Source: Lytechinus pictus
Taxonomy: Eukaryota
Direction: 5' to 3'
Length of the DNA stretch: 64,000 nt
Assembly: GCF_037042905.1 (NCBI RefSeq)
Contig: NW_026974146.1
Location: 620,001-684,000 of the forward strand
Part shown: piece by piece, positions 15,008 to 27,044 of the stretch
Layout of the letters: every line of letters begins with the position of its first letter
Position numbering within the stretch: position 1 is the stretch's first letter
The notes under the pieces: model-generated
Databases searched by the model: none
What the model was told of the DNA's origin: nothing
What the model saw: only the letters and a program-made list of their open reading frames with translations
Made by a program: the position numbers and the translations under genes

Positions 15008-15172
15008 CTTCAAGGTTGAAGCCTTCTCATTCAGATGAGAATTGAACTCCTGGTCCAAAACTCCTTGTAGCATCAGGTTAGTCAGGTTAGGTAGGGAGCA
15101 TAAAGCTTCAACTAGGTGATGTGAAGAGGCTGATGATAGAGGCTTTTCAATCTCAATCTTAAGAGTATGGAC
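15008..15172 (-). CDS. NLR LRR cassette exon C: VHTLKIEIEKPLSSASSHHLVEALCSLPNLTNLMLQGVLDQEFNSHLNEKASTLK
   Basis: Same splice sites, 165 nt, open (translated by hand). Confidence 0.9.
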
Positions 15173-16258
15173 CTACATGTGTACAAACATTGATCATTAA
15201 ACATACATGTACATATCAGATGGTACTATCATGTTGTAATGCTTCAAGTTAAACTGGTTCAAAAATGTGTTGATAAGGCTAATGTTTGCATCACAACATA
15301 ACATTTTAGCAACCATACCTGTTTAGGCTTCACAGCTTTTCTGTTGCTGTGTATTTTGTTTATAAAAGACATTTTAATACCTGTGATTTTTTAAGAAGGA
15401 ATTATTACAGGTAATCTCTGTACCCTTATTCTACATAACAGCATCACTTTCAACAATTTCTAAGATATCACAAAAATTATCAATTTTAGATCATACATGT
15501 GAAGACCATAATAATCTGAGAAACTCTATATCTTTGTTACTCCATATTTGTATTTCATTTTCAGTAACCTTTTACCCTGCATTAGCATACCATCTCAATC
15601 TAAACCACCTGGTCATTGTTCATTTCATCCTATTGTTATGTTTCATGTATACACTCAATGTAGCTCTCACTGTACTGTATACATTGTATGTATCATGGTC
15701 AATATCACTCTCATACACATACCACATGCACCTCTGATATTTAATGATCTACTTTCTCTCCCACCTTTTTGAAGCTGATATTTAGGTGATCTGTCAATCG
15801 ACAGATCAACTCTTGATTTCGTATGAATTTTCTTTTTTATTTATTATTAGGTGATCTGTCAATCGACAGATCAACTCTCAATTTCGTACGAATTTTCTTT
15901 ATTATTTATTTCTTAATTTTTATTTTTCCACCCTTTCCTTGTTAGCGTAAAATCTCAAAATCTACATCATCAATTTTCTTCAAAATATTATCAGTTATGG
16001 GGACTTATCATGTCATCTGTATGAAACAAGTTCAAGGTAAAAGGTCATCATGACGTCATCTAGACGCCATTTTGTAAATTCACATTATCAATCATATTTT
16101 CATTATCAATTATCAGAAATTAACCATATTTACATCACATTAACTTCAGGTCAAGGGTCAACTGTACATGTCATCAAAGGTCATGTAAAGGTCACGACGT
16201 GCGCGTACGCGCGAGTCAAATTTTTTGACCAAAGTAGAGTATGAAACAGGCCATTTAA

Positions 16259-17739
16259 AAGGGGAATCCAACCGAAATAAAACCTTGTTTTTATAAGAAA
16301 AAGAAAAATCAGACAAATTGATAGGTGAAAGTTTGAACAATATTGGAAAAATAACAAGAAAGTTATGAATTTATTAAAGTTGTAAATATTGGTAATCACT
16401 TTACACATGGAGACTTCAAATTAGCCGCTTATGTGATGTCATAGTGATGTAAGGCAAGGACTACTCTTCCATGTACTCCAATACATATTATGGCTAAAAT
16501 GTCATTTTCCCCCAAAGTTTTATTTCAAATCATATTTTTCTTTCATGAGGACATTAAACAATATACTACCTGGGTTATATTAGGGCCGTCTGCACCATCC
16601 CGAGTTTTCAAATTAGCGCGCTATTTCTGATCCGGCAAATTATCCCGATCTGAAAAATCTCGAGATAGTTGGCGGTGCAGACGCAATTATCGCGCTAGTT
16701 CGTAGGATTAATCTCGAGATTGCAATCCCAAGTCAACTCGGGTTCATTTGCAAAATAGCGCGCTATTTTACGAATTATCCCGCTAATTCGTCGGTGCAGA
16801 CGCACTCGAGATTGGACTCGGGGTAATTTATTCATGACGTCAGTCCATAATGCAATTCGCGTTCCACTTCCGCCTTGGTCAAAACATAAACACGTGCGAA
16901 AGTCAACTTTATACATGCGAATAGTGTTCATAAGCAACGATGGTGTCCCACCAGTGAATGGATTTTGGGAGAGACCAGACCAAAGGGGGAGGCGCTCATC
17001 GACGATGGTCATATTCAATAACAACACTGACAGCAGTGTTGTCTTATTCCTTCGCAAAATGTGAGCAAATAGCATTTCTTTCCTCCTCTCCCTCTCTCTC
17101 TCTCTCTGTCGTTGCCTCCTACTCCGCCATCATATTTAACGAAGAATACATCACTTCTTCACTCGCTGAGCTGAGAGGATTGTTGCATAACACCGGTTGA
17201 ATTCGGCGAAAGTGCTAGTGAAAGGAGTACATTGCTTGCATATCGCGGGAAGTTATTCAAAAGTGCGGGCCGTTGAAACTCCAAGATCCGAAAGTGCGCA
17301 TGCTCGTAATATCGGGCTTGTTGCCTCGCTCGAGCAGGAATCGCTCTTCTTGCGATGGTGCAGACGGGGTTTCTTGAATCTCGAGATTAATCGCGAAGTG
17401 GGCCGATCGGGCTAAAATCTCGAGATTGAGCAAACTCGGGATGGTGCAGCACCGCCTATTTATATTTAGATTACTGCCCCAGGGGAATGGGTACTTAGGA
17501 GAAAACCACAAATCCCTGATAATAAAGTACATGGCCTATGGGAAAGTTGTCCTTGCCCCTTGTCATAATTTACTTACCCAGTTGCCAATTTGAAATCTAC
17601 ATGGTATCAGTGATCTCAATTTTAAAGCAGTTACAACTTTCTTATTGCTTGTCCGATTTCTTTCAAACTTTCACCATTCTGTTTAATTCATTTTTCTCCT
17701 TCCCAACACAACATTCTATGGCCAAGGCTAGATTCCCCT
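16259..17739. mobile_element. Kolobok-like non-autonomous element (TTAA TSD)
   Basis: TTAA|(A)AGGGGAATC ... GATTCCCCT|TTAA; the empty site is visible in the paralogous HINE at ~32464. Confidence 0.75.
16582..17457. mobile_element. Harbinger-like MITE nested in the Kolobok-like element
   Basis: TIR ...TGCACCATCCCGAGTTT / AAACTCGGGATGGTGCA..., GC-rich interior. Confidence 0.65.
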
Positions 17740-19334
17740 TTAAGCATTTCAAAAAATTTGCGCGCACCCACGGTTACGCGCGCGTTCTCGCGCGTAACGG
17801 CACTATACAACATAGGATCGCCATTTTTTTTCATATCAATGCACCGATGATATAATTTTGAACATTTTGATACCTTGATCAACCTTCTACGACAAGTAAT
17901 AACGGAATGAGCCCCAATGAAAGTTTACAGCATGCGCGCGCGCACTAACCATAGACAATATATGTGCAAAAACATGCCTATACAAAATTCATTATAGCTC
18001 TTCAGGAAGTCCGTTGACCCCCCAATTTTTTTCATATTCAAATAGAGTATGAATGGGAGATATGATTTCATGTCATATTTGACCCAAAATTTTATCATGA
18101 CATCATCAAAATGGCGTCGGAACTCAAAATTCCCATTTTGCTACTTATGACGTCATCACAATTATGCAAATTTGACTCTAACTCCGTAAATATTGGTCAA
18201 TTTTCTCCCAGTTTTTTATATGTTGTAGCTGAAGAAATACTCTTTCAAATTTTAAGGCTATATTAACATTTAAACGAACAGATCATCCTGAAAATTGGCA
18301 AGTTATAGAGGCATGTCATTTTCGCTCATTTTGTGTGCAATCTCTATGGGAAATGACTTTTTCTCAAAACTGGATTTTACATTCCTCTATTTCGCGAGCC
18401 ATATCTCCATTTCAATTTGTCGGTTTTCTCTGAGCTTGAAGTATGTTGTAGCTGAGATTGTAAGATATCGGAAGTGTGGTCTCCATTTTCCGATCAGATG
18501 CCGGGATCATGCCCGTATTTCACTTGCCAAATTGGAATTGAGGTCCTCTTGTTTGCTTACGTGTGAGTCTATGGAAAGTGTTTAGCTCATTGGGTAAGGC
18601 ATGAGACTTGCTTACTTAAGGGCGAGGGTTCGAGCCCAGTGGGCAGGGGTGAAAATGATAATTTTTTTTTTTTTTTCTTTTCAACATTTCACAAATGGTC
18701 CTTTATGACCATTACAATGTATATAAAATAAAACATTGGACAATAAAAGAGATTTTAAAGTCCCATTTAATGTACAATGTTCCTGTACAATATGTGTATG
18801 ACCTACACTTTTTTACACAACTTTTTCATTTCCCTCTTTTCAAGAGTATTCAACATGTTCTTTTCATAAGACAAGTTCAGTTTTCATCATGATGATCATA
18901 TTGATCTCAATAAACATGCTGATTGTCTCCATGATCATGAAATCAGAGACAGATCACCTAATTCGTTCTCATGATGAATTAAAATTCTAGTTCTCTTTAT
19001 ATCTTCCATGTGAATTATCATATTAGAGATGACTAGGAAGAATCACATATGGATAAAGTTAAAAAGGATTTCATGTTTCTACATCAATCATAACCAAACA
19101 CTTGAAGATATGACAAATTTGTCAATTACAGCATACATGTACTTGTGCATTAGAACCAAATTTGAAAAAGAAATCTCATCTAGTCTCCTTTATTTATAAA
19201 CGCTCTCAAACAATATTTCTAAGTAGCATAAAATATGTTCTTTAATGTATTTAACACAATAAAATTAGATAAACACTTTTCAATATTCCAAGTTTTCCAA
19301 ACATGATGTGAGAATAAAGTAAAGGCAGACATAC

Positions 19335-19499
19335 CTTCAAGGTTGAAGCCTTCTTATTCAGATGAAAATAGAACTCCTTGTGATAAACTCCATGTAGTGT
19401 CAGGTTAGTCAGGTTAGGTAGGAAGCATAAAGCTTCTACTAGGTGATGTGAAGAGGCTGATGATAGAGGCTTATAACTATCAATCTCAAGAGTATGGAC
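19335..19499 (-). CDS. NLR LRR cassette exon D: VHTLEIDSYKPLSSASSHHLVEALCFLPNLTNLTLHGVYHKEFYFHLNKKASTLK
   Basis: Same splice sites as exon E, 165 nt, open (translated by hand; not in the ORF track). Confidence 0.9.
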
Positions 19500-20425
19500 C
19501 TACATGTGTACAAACATTGATCATTAAACATACATGTACATATCAGATGGTATGATCATGCTGTAATGCTTCAAGTTAAACTGGTTCAAAAATGTGTTGA
19601 TAATTAGGCTAATGTTTGCATCACAACATAACATTTTAGCATCCATACCTGATTAGGCTTTACAGCTTTCTGTTGATGTGTATTTTGTTTACAAAAGACA
19701 TTTAATACCTATGAATTCTGAAAGAAGAATACAGGTAATCTTTGTACCCTTATACTACCTTACAGCATCACTTTCAACAATTTCTGAGATATCACACAAA
19801 TGATCAATTTAAGATGATACATGTGAAGACCACAATAATCCCAGATATGTTTGTTACTCCACATTGTTTTCTATTTTCAGTAACCTTTTACCCTGCATAC
19901 CATCTCAATCTAAACCACCTGGTCATTGTTCATTTCATTCTATTGTTATGTTCCATGTATACACTCAATGTAGCTCTCACTGTACTGTATACCGGTACAT
20001 TGTATGTATCATGGTCAATATCACTCTCATACACATACCACATGCACCTCTGATATTCAATGATCTACTTTCTCTCCCACCTTTTGGAAGCTGATATTTC
20101 TCTTTATATCTTTGATGTGTATTATCATAAGAGATGACTAGGAAGAATCATATATGGATAAAGTTAAAAAGGTTTCCATATTTCAACATCAACCATGATT
20201 ACCAAACACTTGAAGATATGACAATTTCTCAATTACAGCATACCTGTGCATTAGAGCCAAATTTCCAAAACATTTACTCATCTAGTCTCCTTTATTAATG
20301 AACACCCCTAAATATAGTATAAAAATATGTTCTTTAATGTATTTAACACAATAAAATTAGATAATTTTTTTCCATTATTTCATGTTTTCAAACATGTTAT
20401 ACGTATAAAGTAGAAGCAAGCATAC

Positions 20426-20590
20426 CTTCAATGCTGAAGCCTTCTTATTCAGATGAGAATAGAACTCCTTGTCCCAAACTCCACTCAGTGTCAGGTTAGT
20501 CAGGTTAGGTAGGGAGCATAAAGCGTCTACTAGGTGATGTGAAGAGGCTGATGATAGAAACTTATCATTCATAAGCTGAAAGGTGTGGAC
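20426..20590 (-). CDS. NLR LRR cassette exon E: VHTFQLMNDKFLSSASSHHLVDALCSLPNLTNLTLSGVWDKEFYSHLNKKASALK
   Basis: TAG|GTC acceptor, AAG|GTATG donor, 165 nt, open, LxxLxL motif (LPNLTNLTL). Confidence 0.9.
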
Positions 20591-21409
20591 CTACATATAT
20601 TGATCATTAAACATACATATCAGATGGTATGATCATGCAGTATAACTGGTTCATAGATATTATAAATATTTATTTATATAGCATAATTTTATTATACAGC
20701 TTGTCTGTTTAGGTGCAAGTATTTTGTTAAATCTAATACCTGTAAATATTAAAAGAATGTAATATTACAGGTTATTTCAAAATCAATAATCTCAGTTATG
20801 GAGTGTTGGCTATCATGATGTTGTAAATTGGATTTTCCTTGTGTAATGTTTCTCTAAAAGAAAACCTAGTTAAAAGAATACTATGTTTTATTTCATTTCA
20901 GCACATGTAGCATTTGAATATAATGTATAAAATATTTCAGATTATAACTGCAAACTTTATCTTTAGTACTCTTTCTCCCTCTCTGTACTTCAACCAACTT
21001 TGACTTACTCTTTCCCTCTCTGCTCATTGGCTAATTCTTTCCCGCCTTTTTAGGAGTAGCAGTAATGCAAATTCCTGTACCCCCTATAGGGATGCTTTTG
21101 TACTGTGATGTGCACCGTTGCACTTTTATTGCTAGCTAGGGAGAGAGTCCAGTGACTCATGACACTGGCAGTAGCAAGGGCATTCCCACTGTTTGTTGTT
21201 GAGGAGGAGACTTGTCCCTACAGAAGATTAATTTTGAAGTATAGAAGAATTCTGCAAGGACTTCTCTCCATTTACTTTAGATGTCGCAGCAAAGCGGAAT
21301 TAGTGTCTGACCGAGGCTGTTTTCCTTTGGTCAATAAAAGAACCCACTGAAACCTCAGCCCTTGTGAGTCGTGTCCGTGTTGTGTGGTCGTCGGCGTGAA
21401 CCCTTTCAA

Positions 21410-21427
21410 TGGTGTCAGAAGTGGGAT
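21410..21427 (+). promoter_or_regulatory. Primer binding site, tRNA-Leu type
   Basis: TGGTGTCAGAAGTGGGAT, 1 nt after the LTR, is complementary to a tRNA-Leu 3' end (...AUCCCACUUCUGACACCA). Confidence 0.85.
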
Positions 21428-21703
21428 CATCAGCAACAAGGGACCATCTGGTACGGGCTCTGCAGATATTGGACTTAGAAGAAATCTTGAGAACTTACGT
21501 GTATGTGGTCTTATCCTGGTGTCATCGTGCATAACGTAAAATTGGAATGACTTTAGACTGGTTCTAAACAGCCTCGGTCAGACTGTATGTAAATAATGGA
21601 CAACATATGCTCTCTTTTTTACTGATTTGTGCAGTGATTGTATTGTGGTTTCGCTATTCTGTATGCAAAGTTCTTTTTATGTGCCAAATTCAAATCTAGG
21701 ATC

Positions 21704-22780
21704 ATGGAAACCAGATCGAGTTCTTCATCAGCTACAACTGAGAATATGGATGTTTTGTCCCAATTTTTCCGCCGTTCAATTGGATTACAGAGTATATTAC
21801 AGAGCAACTTACCAAAATTCCGAGGGATGCCACATCATGCGGATGATATGTCCTTGTCAGAATGGCTTGAAGAATTTAACGGAGTAACTGCTAACCAAAA
21901 TATGGAAATGAGTAGCAAAGCTCGACTGTTGCTAGATCACCTTTCGGGACCAGCACGAGAGGAAATAATGTGTCTCAGTGAATCAAAGAGACAGGATTTT
22001 GATGAAATAGTAAGTCGTCTGAAATTGTGCTTTGGCTATCAGGAAACCACGCAGACCCTCAGTAGTCAGTTTCATAATCGCATACAGAGAGATGGAGAAT
22101 CACTTTGTGACTTCAGCCGTGCCCTGATTCGCACCTACAACAAGATGGAAAAAGCTGCCACTACACAAGCTCAAGGAGAAGCTTTAAGTCAGTTGAAAAA
22201 CAAGACCTTAAGTGATCAATTTGTCAATGGTGCACGGGAGGCTTGGGTGAGGAGAGAGTTGAGGCGAATACAGATGATGCATGAAACGGATGGATTCGCC
22301 AAGATTCGTGAGGAAGCCCTCAAACTCTTCCAGGAGACTGCCACCAGTCAGAGGCCCAGAGTCAGAGAAGCAGATATTGAAGTTGGAAGGGCAGTCATGA
22401 AAGATTCTATGCTTGTGCAACAGGTAGTAGAGCAACAGAAAGCTATAATGACAGAGTTGGAGCAACTTAGGGGAGAAGTCGCCAGGCTGAAAGGAGGAAA
22501 ACCTCAGAGAAAGAGGACTGATGGACGATGCTTCAGCTGTGGCCATAAGGGACATCTACGACGTGACTGCCCCAACATACCTAGCGGTTCCCCTGCACAT
22601 GAATATAATTACTCTGCTGGAAACTGGCATCAGGAGAATCAAAGCTTCCCCACTTGGAGCACGGAATCAGGTACCATGCAGAATCATGGCAGTTTCAATA
22701 GACCAACAGTCTTCCAGTCCTCATCACAAGGAGCTGCCAGTATCCCTCGCCAACATATCGCATCCCAGGAGGAAAACTAG
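21704..22780 (+). CDS. gag: Gag of LTR element 1
   Basis: Capsid-like region and CCHC knuckle CFSCGHKGHLRRDC; first ATG at 21704. Confidence 0.9.
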   Translation: METRSSSSSATTENMDVLSQFFRRSIGLQSILQSNLPKFRGMPHHADDMSLSEWLEEFNGVTANQNMEMSSKARLLLDHLSGPAREEIMCLSESKRQDFDEIVSRLKLCFGYQETTQTLSSQFHNRIQRDGESLCDFSRALIRTYNKMEKAATTQAQGEALSQLKNKTLSDQFVNGAREAWVRRELRRIQMMHETDGFAKIREEALKLFQETATSQRPRVREADIEVGRAVMKDSMLVQQVVEQQKAIMTELEQLRGEVARLKGGKPQRKRTDGRCFSCGHKGHLRRDCPNIPSGSPAHEYNYSAGNWHQENQSFPTWSTESGTMQNHGSFNRPTVFQSSSQGAASIPRQHIASQEEN

Positions 22781-25700
22781 ACCCCTCTGTTGTTGAGGGC
22801 CAAACAGCAGAGGACAATAGAAAGCAATATCATACAGAAGAGCCCACAGAAGGAACTGCAACCTATCCACAAACTGATATGTCATTTGGTGGTAGTCCAG
22901 AGGATGTCAATGAATCCAGTGGGGCACAAGGCAGACAGACTTCAGTGGCAGAGGTTGTGCCAGCAATGGATGAGATAGTTGACACAGCTGATTTGATTTC
23001 TGAAAGCCCAGCTGTCATAGCAGAAGTTGCTGGTGTACCCATTGGCTGCATCCTCGACACTGGGGCAGAAGCGTCCATTATACCATCAGACGTGTTTCAT
23101 GGACAGTTGGAAGCAGCGGTAGGAGAAGTGAGCCCATTTAATAAACCTATGAAAATTGTTGGTGTGGGGCCAACTAAAGTACCAGTGGAAGGCTTCATCC
23201 GAACCCATGTTTCTGTAAATGGTCAAAAAGCTACAATAGGATTTTTAATTGAACAACGAGAGTCATGTGGGGAAAGACAAAGAGACTTCCCTATTCTGCT
23301 GGGATGCAATGCCCTTCGAGCACTATTTCATATGGAGAGAGCGAAAGGGGAATTCCAGATGGTGAAGGATTGCTTGGACATTGAGACTGCAGGTAGTGCA
23401 CATGTACGAGAGGTTGTTACTGGGGCAACAAGAGTAGTTTTGCCTGCCAGAACGATACAACACATAGAGTGCACAATGAGGCCTTTCCAAGGTGGGGAAG
23501 ATGCCGAGTCAAGTGTCTGGCTTATCCAGGGTAACAGCCAGTTTGGAGATTCCCAGGTTGAAGTCATTGAAGGATATTGTGCTGAAAATGGGGACATGCA
23601 TGTTCTACTGATGAATTCTGGAGACAGAGAATTCATAGTACCACCTCATTCAACTATTGCATCTGCCAAACAAGTGGAAGAACATTGTGAAATTTGTCTT
23701 CAAAGTAAAGATGACCAGTTAGAGGTTAATATCTGTGATGTATTGATTGCCAAGACAGAGCCGGGAGTGGAGGACGACGGACATGAGCCAGAGCAAGCAA
23801 TGGATACCAAGCCTCCCAGTAGGACAGCATCAGAATCACCGGAGAGATTCACTTTCACTGATGGTACGGAAATACTGCTTCCTCAGGGCATCAGCCTAGA
23901 TGGGATGGCTTATGAAGATACATCTAGGATTGCTAAACTCCTACATGATCATGAAGCAGCATTCTCTAAAGATGAATTTGACCTGGGATGTTGTGATATG
24001 GTACCACATGAAATCAGAGTGACCTCTGACAAGCCAGTGCGTCTGCCCTATCGAAGGATAGCTCCTCACGTGACTTCAGAGGTTCGTGATCTATTACAAG
24101 ACATGCTGGATCGTAAGATTATAAAGAGGTCAACTAGCCCTATGCCAGTCCCGATCGTTCTTGTGAGGAAGAAATCAGGGGCATTACGCTTATGTATTGA
24201 TTATAGACAATTGAACAAATTAACAGTCAAAGACTCCTTTCCGCTACCCAGAATAGACGAATCATTAGAAGTAATGAATGGAGCCAAATACTTCTCTTCC
24301 CTTGACTTGTCTCATGGATATTTCCAGATCACTATGCACACATAATCAGTGCCCCTAACTGCTTTCCGTGTACCCTGGGGACTCTATGAATTTGAAAGAA
24401 TGCCTCAGGGTCTATGCAACAGCCCAAGCACATTTCAGAGAGTGATGGAGGCAATTTTCGGTGACATGAACTTTACAAAAGTCATACTCTACCTTGATGT
24501 TTTGGTCTTTTCCAGAACGTTTGAGGAGCACCTCGAAACACTCGGAGAAGTCTTTGACCGCCTAACAACACATGGCCTGAAGTTGAAAGGAGGAAAGTGC
24601 CAGTTCTTCAAGAAAGAAGTAGCTCACCTCGGGCACATTGTCACTGAGAAGGGTGTCATGGTAGACCCAAGCAAGGTATCAAGGATCAAGTCATGGCCTA
24701 TACCTCAAAACGGATCAGAATTATGCTCCTTCCTCGGTCTTGCTTCATATTACAGAAGGTTTGTCCCTGACTTCACCAGAATAACGGCACCACTCCATGC
24801 ACTAACTGGACAGAAGTGTAAGAAAAGGAGAAGGAAGACAGGAGATATCGCTCCAGACACAAGCTTTATGTGGACCAAAGAGGCAGACGAGTCATTTCAT
24901 GAGCTTAAGGAGAGACTGTCTTCAACACCAGTTCTTGCCTATCCCAAGTTTGGAGAAGAATTCATACTCGAGGTTGATGCATCTCTAAAGGGACTTGGTG
25001 CCTGCTTTTCACAGAAAGATGGCAATGGACATTTACACCCTATCTCGTTTGCAAGCCGTAGCCTACGTGGAGCCGAGAAGAATTATCCAGATTTCTCAAG
25101 CTTCAAGATAGAACTGCTTGCCCTTAAATGGGCAGTAGTCGAGAAGTTCAAAGGGTATTTGTTGGGTGCTAAGTGTATTGTATACATGGATAACAACCCT
25201 CTAGCCCACCTTCAAACTGCACAGTTGGGGGCCACTGAACAGAGGTGGGTAGCACAGCTGGCAGCCTTTCAGCTTGATATCAGATACCGTCCTGGAAAAC
25301 TCAACAGATGTGCCGATGCACTCAGCAGGTGCCCTGGAAATGATGAGGGCGAGGTGAAAGAGATGATCGGAGCACTGACGGTGACTACTGTCCTCCCGGC
25401 AGAAGTTGTAGTTTCCGGGGACCAGTTGGCAGATGGGGAGCCGCCGAGAGTTCCTGGCGTGTACCCATCATACTCAGTAGAAGAACTTGAAACTCTTCAA
25501 CAGAGTGACAATGCACTCTCTGTGTGCAGACGTTATCTCAGGTGTGAATGGAAGTCCGAGGATGAAATCAAACAAGAGAATGCAGAAATAAAGTCCTGGT
25601 TGAAGGAGCGGGCTTCTTGTACCAAAGAGTCTCCAAGAAAAGATGATGGAAATGGCCCACGACCAATGGGGCCACCAAGGCATCAATAGGACCTTAGCAA

Positions 25701-27044
25701 TCCTGCGGGAAAGGTGCTTTTGGCCGGGTATGTGCAATGATGTGAGAGGACATATCAGGAAGTGTTTTGTCTGTGTTGCATCCAAGACTCCAACGCCAGC
25801 TATACGGACCCCAAGACGACATCTGTTGGCATTCAGACCCCTCGAGCTGATCGCGATAGACTTCCTCAAGCTCGACAAGGGCCAAGGTGGATATGAGGAT
25901 GTCTTAGTAATTACAGATGCCTTCACCAAATTTGCTCAAGCCATTCCTTGCAAGAACCAAACCGCCGCAGTAGTAGCACGTGCTTTGATTGATGGTTGGA
26001 TCGTTCACTATGGTGCTCCACTTCGAATTCATTCAGATCAGGGGCGAAATTTCGAAAGTTTGCTGGTACGAGAGTTGTGCAAGCTATATGGCATTGAAAA
26101 GACACATACCACTCCTTACTATCCCCAAGGAAACGGGCAGACAGAGAGATTTAACCGAACCTTGTGCGGTATAATTCGATCCTGAACGTCGAAAGAAGTG
26201 GCCTGGGCTTATTGGCCAGTTGGTATTCTTGTACAATTGTACTCCACATGGTACAACTGGATTGTCACCGTACCGACTTCTGTATGGACGAGAGCCCAAC
26301 ACCCCACTGGACCAACTCATAGGGAATGGACATGGAGATTGGGATGAAGACTTTGTGTCAGAACACTCTAAGTCACTCCAACAGGCCCACATGTTAGCGC
26401 AGCAGAATATGGAGATGATACAGAATAGTGAGAAGACGAGGCATGACGCTCTCCCTATGAGTTCACCCCTCAGTATTGGAGCAAGGGTACTACTGAAGAA
26501 ATGTGCATTTGAAGGACGTCATAAACTTGAAGACAAGGTCTTAAGGGATCCCTTCATTGTGACAGCAGTGAACGAGACGGGTGACGTGTATAAAATCCGA
26601 CCCATGTTTGGAGGACCAATAAAGGTAGTCAACAGGAGATTGTTGATTCCTGACCCACGGGAGGAAATAGCAATTCCTACTCCACAGGATAAGCTAGAGG
26701 ACCGAGTGAAGTCACAACCATTGCCCACTTCAGAGAACACTACCCCCTACTTCACCTTCTTGTGGGAACCCTCAGAGCCTGATAGGCTTACAACTGGTGA
26801 AGAGAGACCAGTCACCCTTAATCAAAATGGCTCTTGCGGAGAGAATGAGTCCACTGGTAGAAATGTTCCCAGTGAAGAAACCAATGCGGCTGAAGATGCC
26901 ATACTACAGAATGAACCTCTTGGAGAAGACAGATCTCAACATGATAATATGAATCATGAGGTCGAGCATCGGAGGTCTCGTCGGGTGAACAAGGGACAAC
27001 ACAGAAATCGACTACATCTCCCAGTATCGGTATTACCAAAGTGA
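22777..27044 (+). pseudogene. pol: Disrupted Pol (PR-RT-RH-INT) of LTR element 1
   Basis: Protease LDTGA; RT LCIDYRQLN with YLDV in place of YLDD; RNase H DAS; INT H-H-C-C and D,D(35)E (HSDQG...ERFN). In-frame stop at 24343 and frameshifts near 25640 and 26180. Confidence 0.92.

Larger units (their letters stand above)
15784..18990 (+). mobile_element. Helentron-associated (HINE/DINE-1-like) element, copy 1
   Basis: 5' subTIR AGGTGATCTGTC (5' end duplicated), 3' subTIR GACAGATCACCT, a short hairpin, then CTAG|TT. It is inserted in the TT of 'gctgatatttctcttt', which is intact in the sister units. Homologous to 32064-44156. Confidence 0.75.
310..20700. repeat. Tandem array of five ~1.1-kb intron+LRR-exon units, interrupted by TE insertions at ~1498-13721 and 15784-18990
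   Basis: The intron block 'ttttaccctgcataccatctcaatctaaaccacctggtca...' recurs at ~311, 1426, 14461, 15570 and 19886. Exon spacing is 1115 (B-C), 1091 (D-E) and about 1120 (C-D after removing the insertion). Confidence 0.95.
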
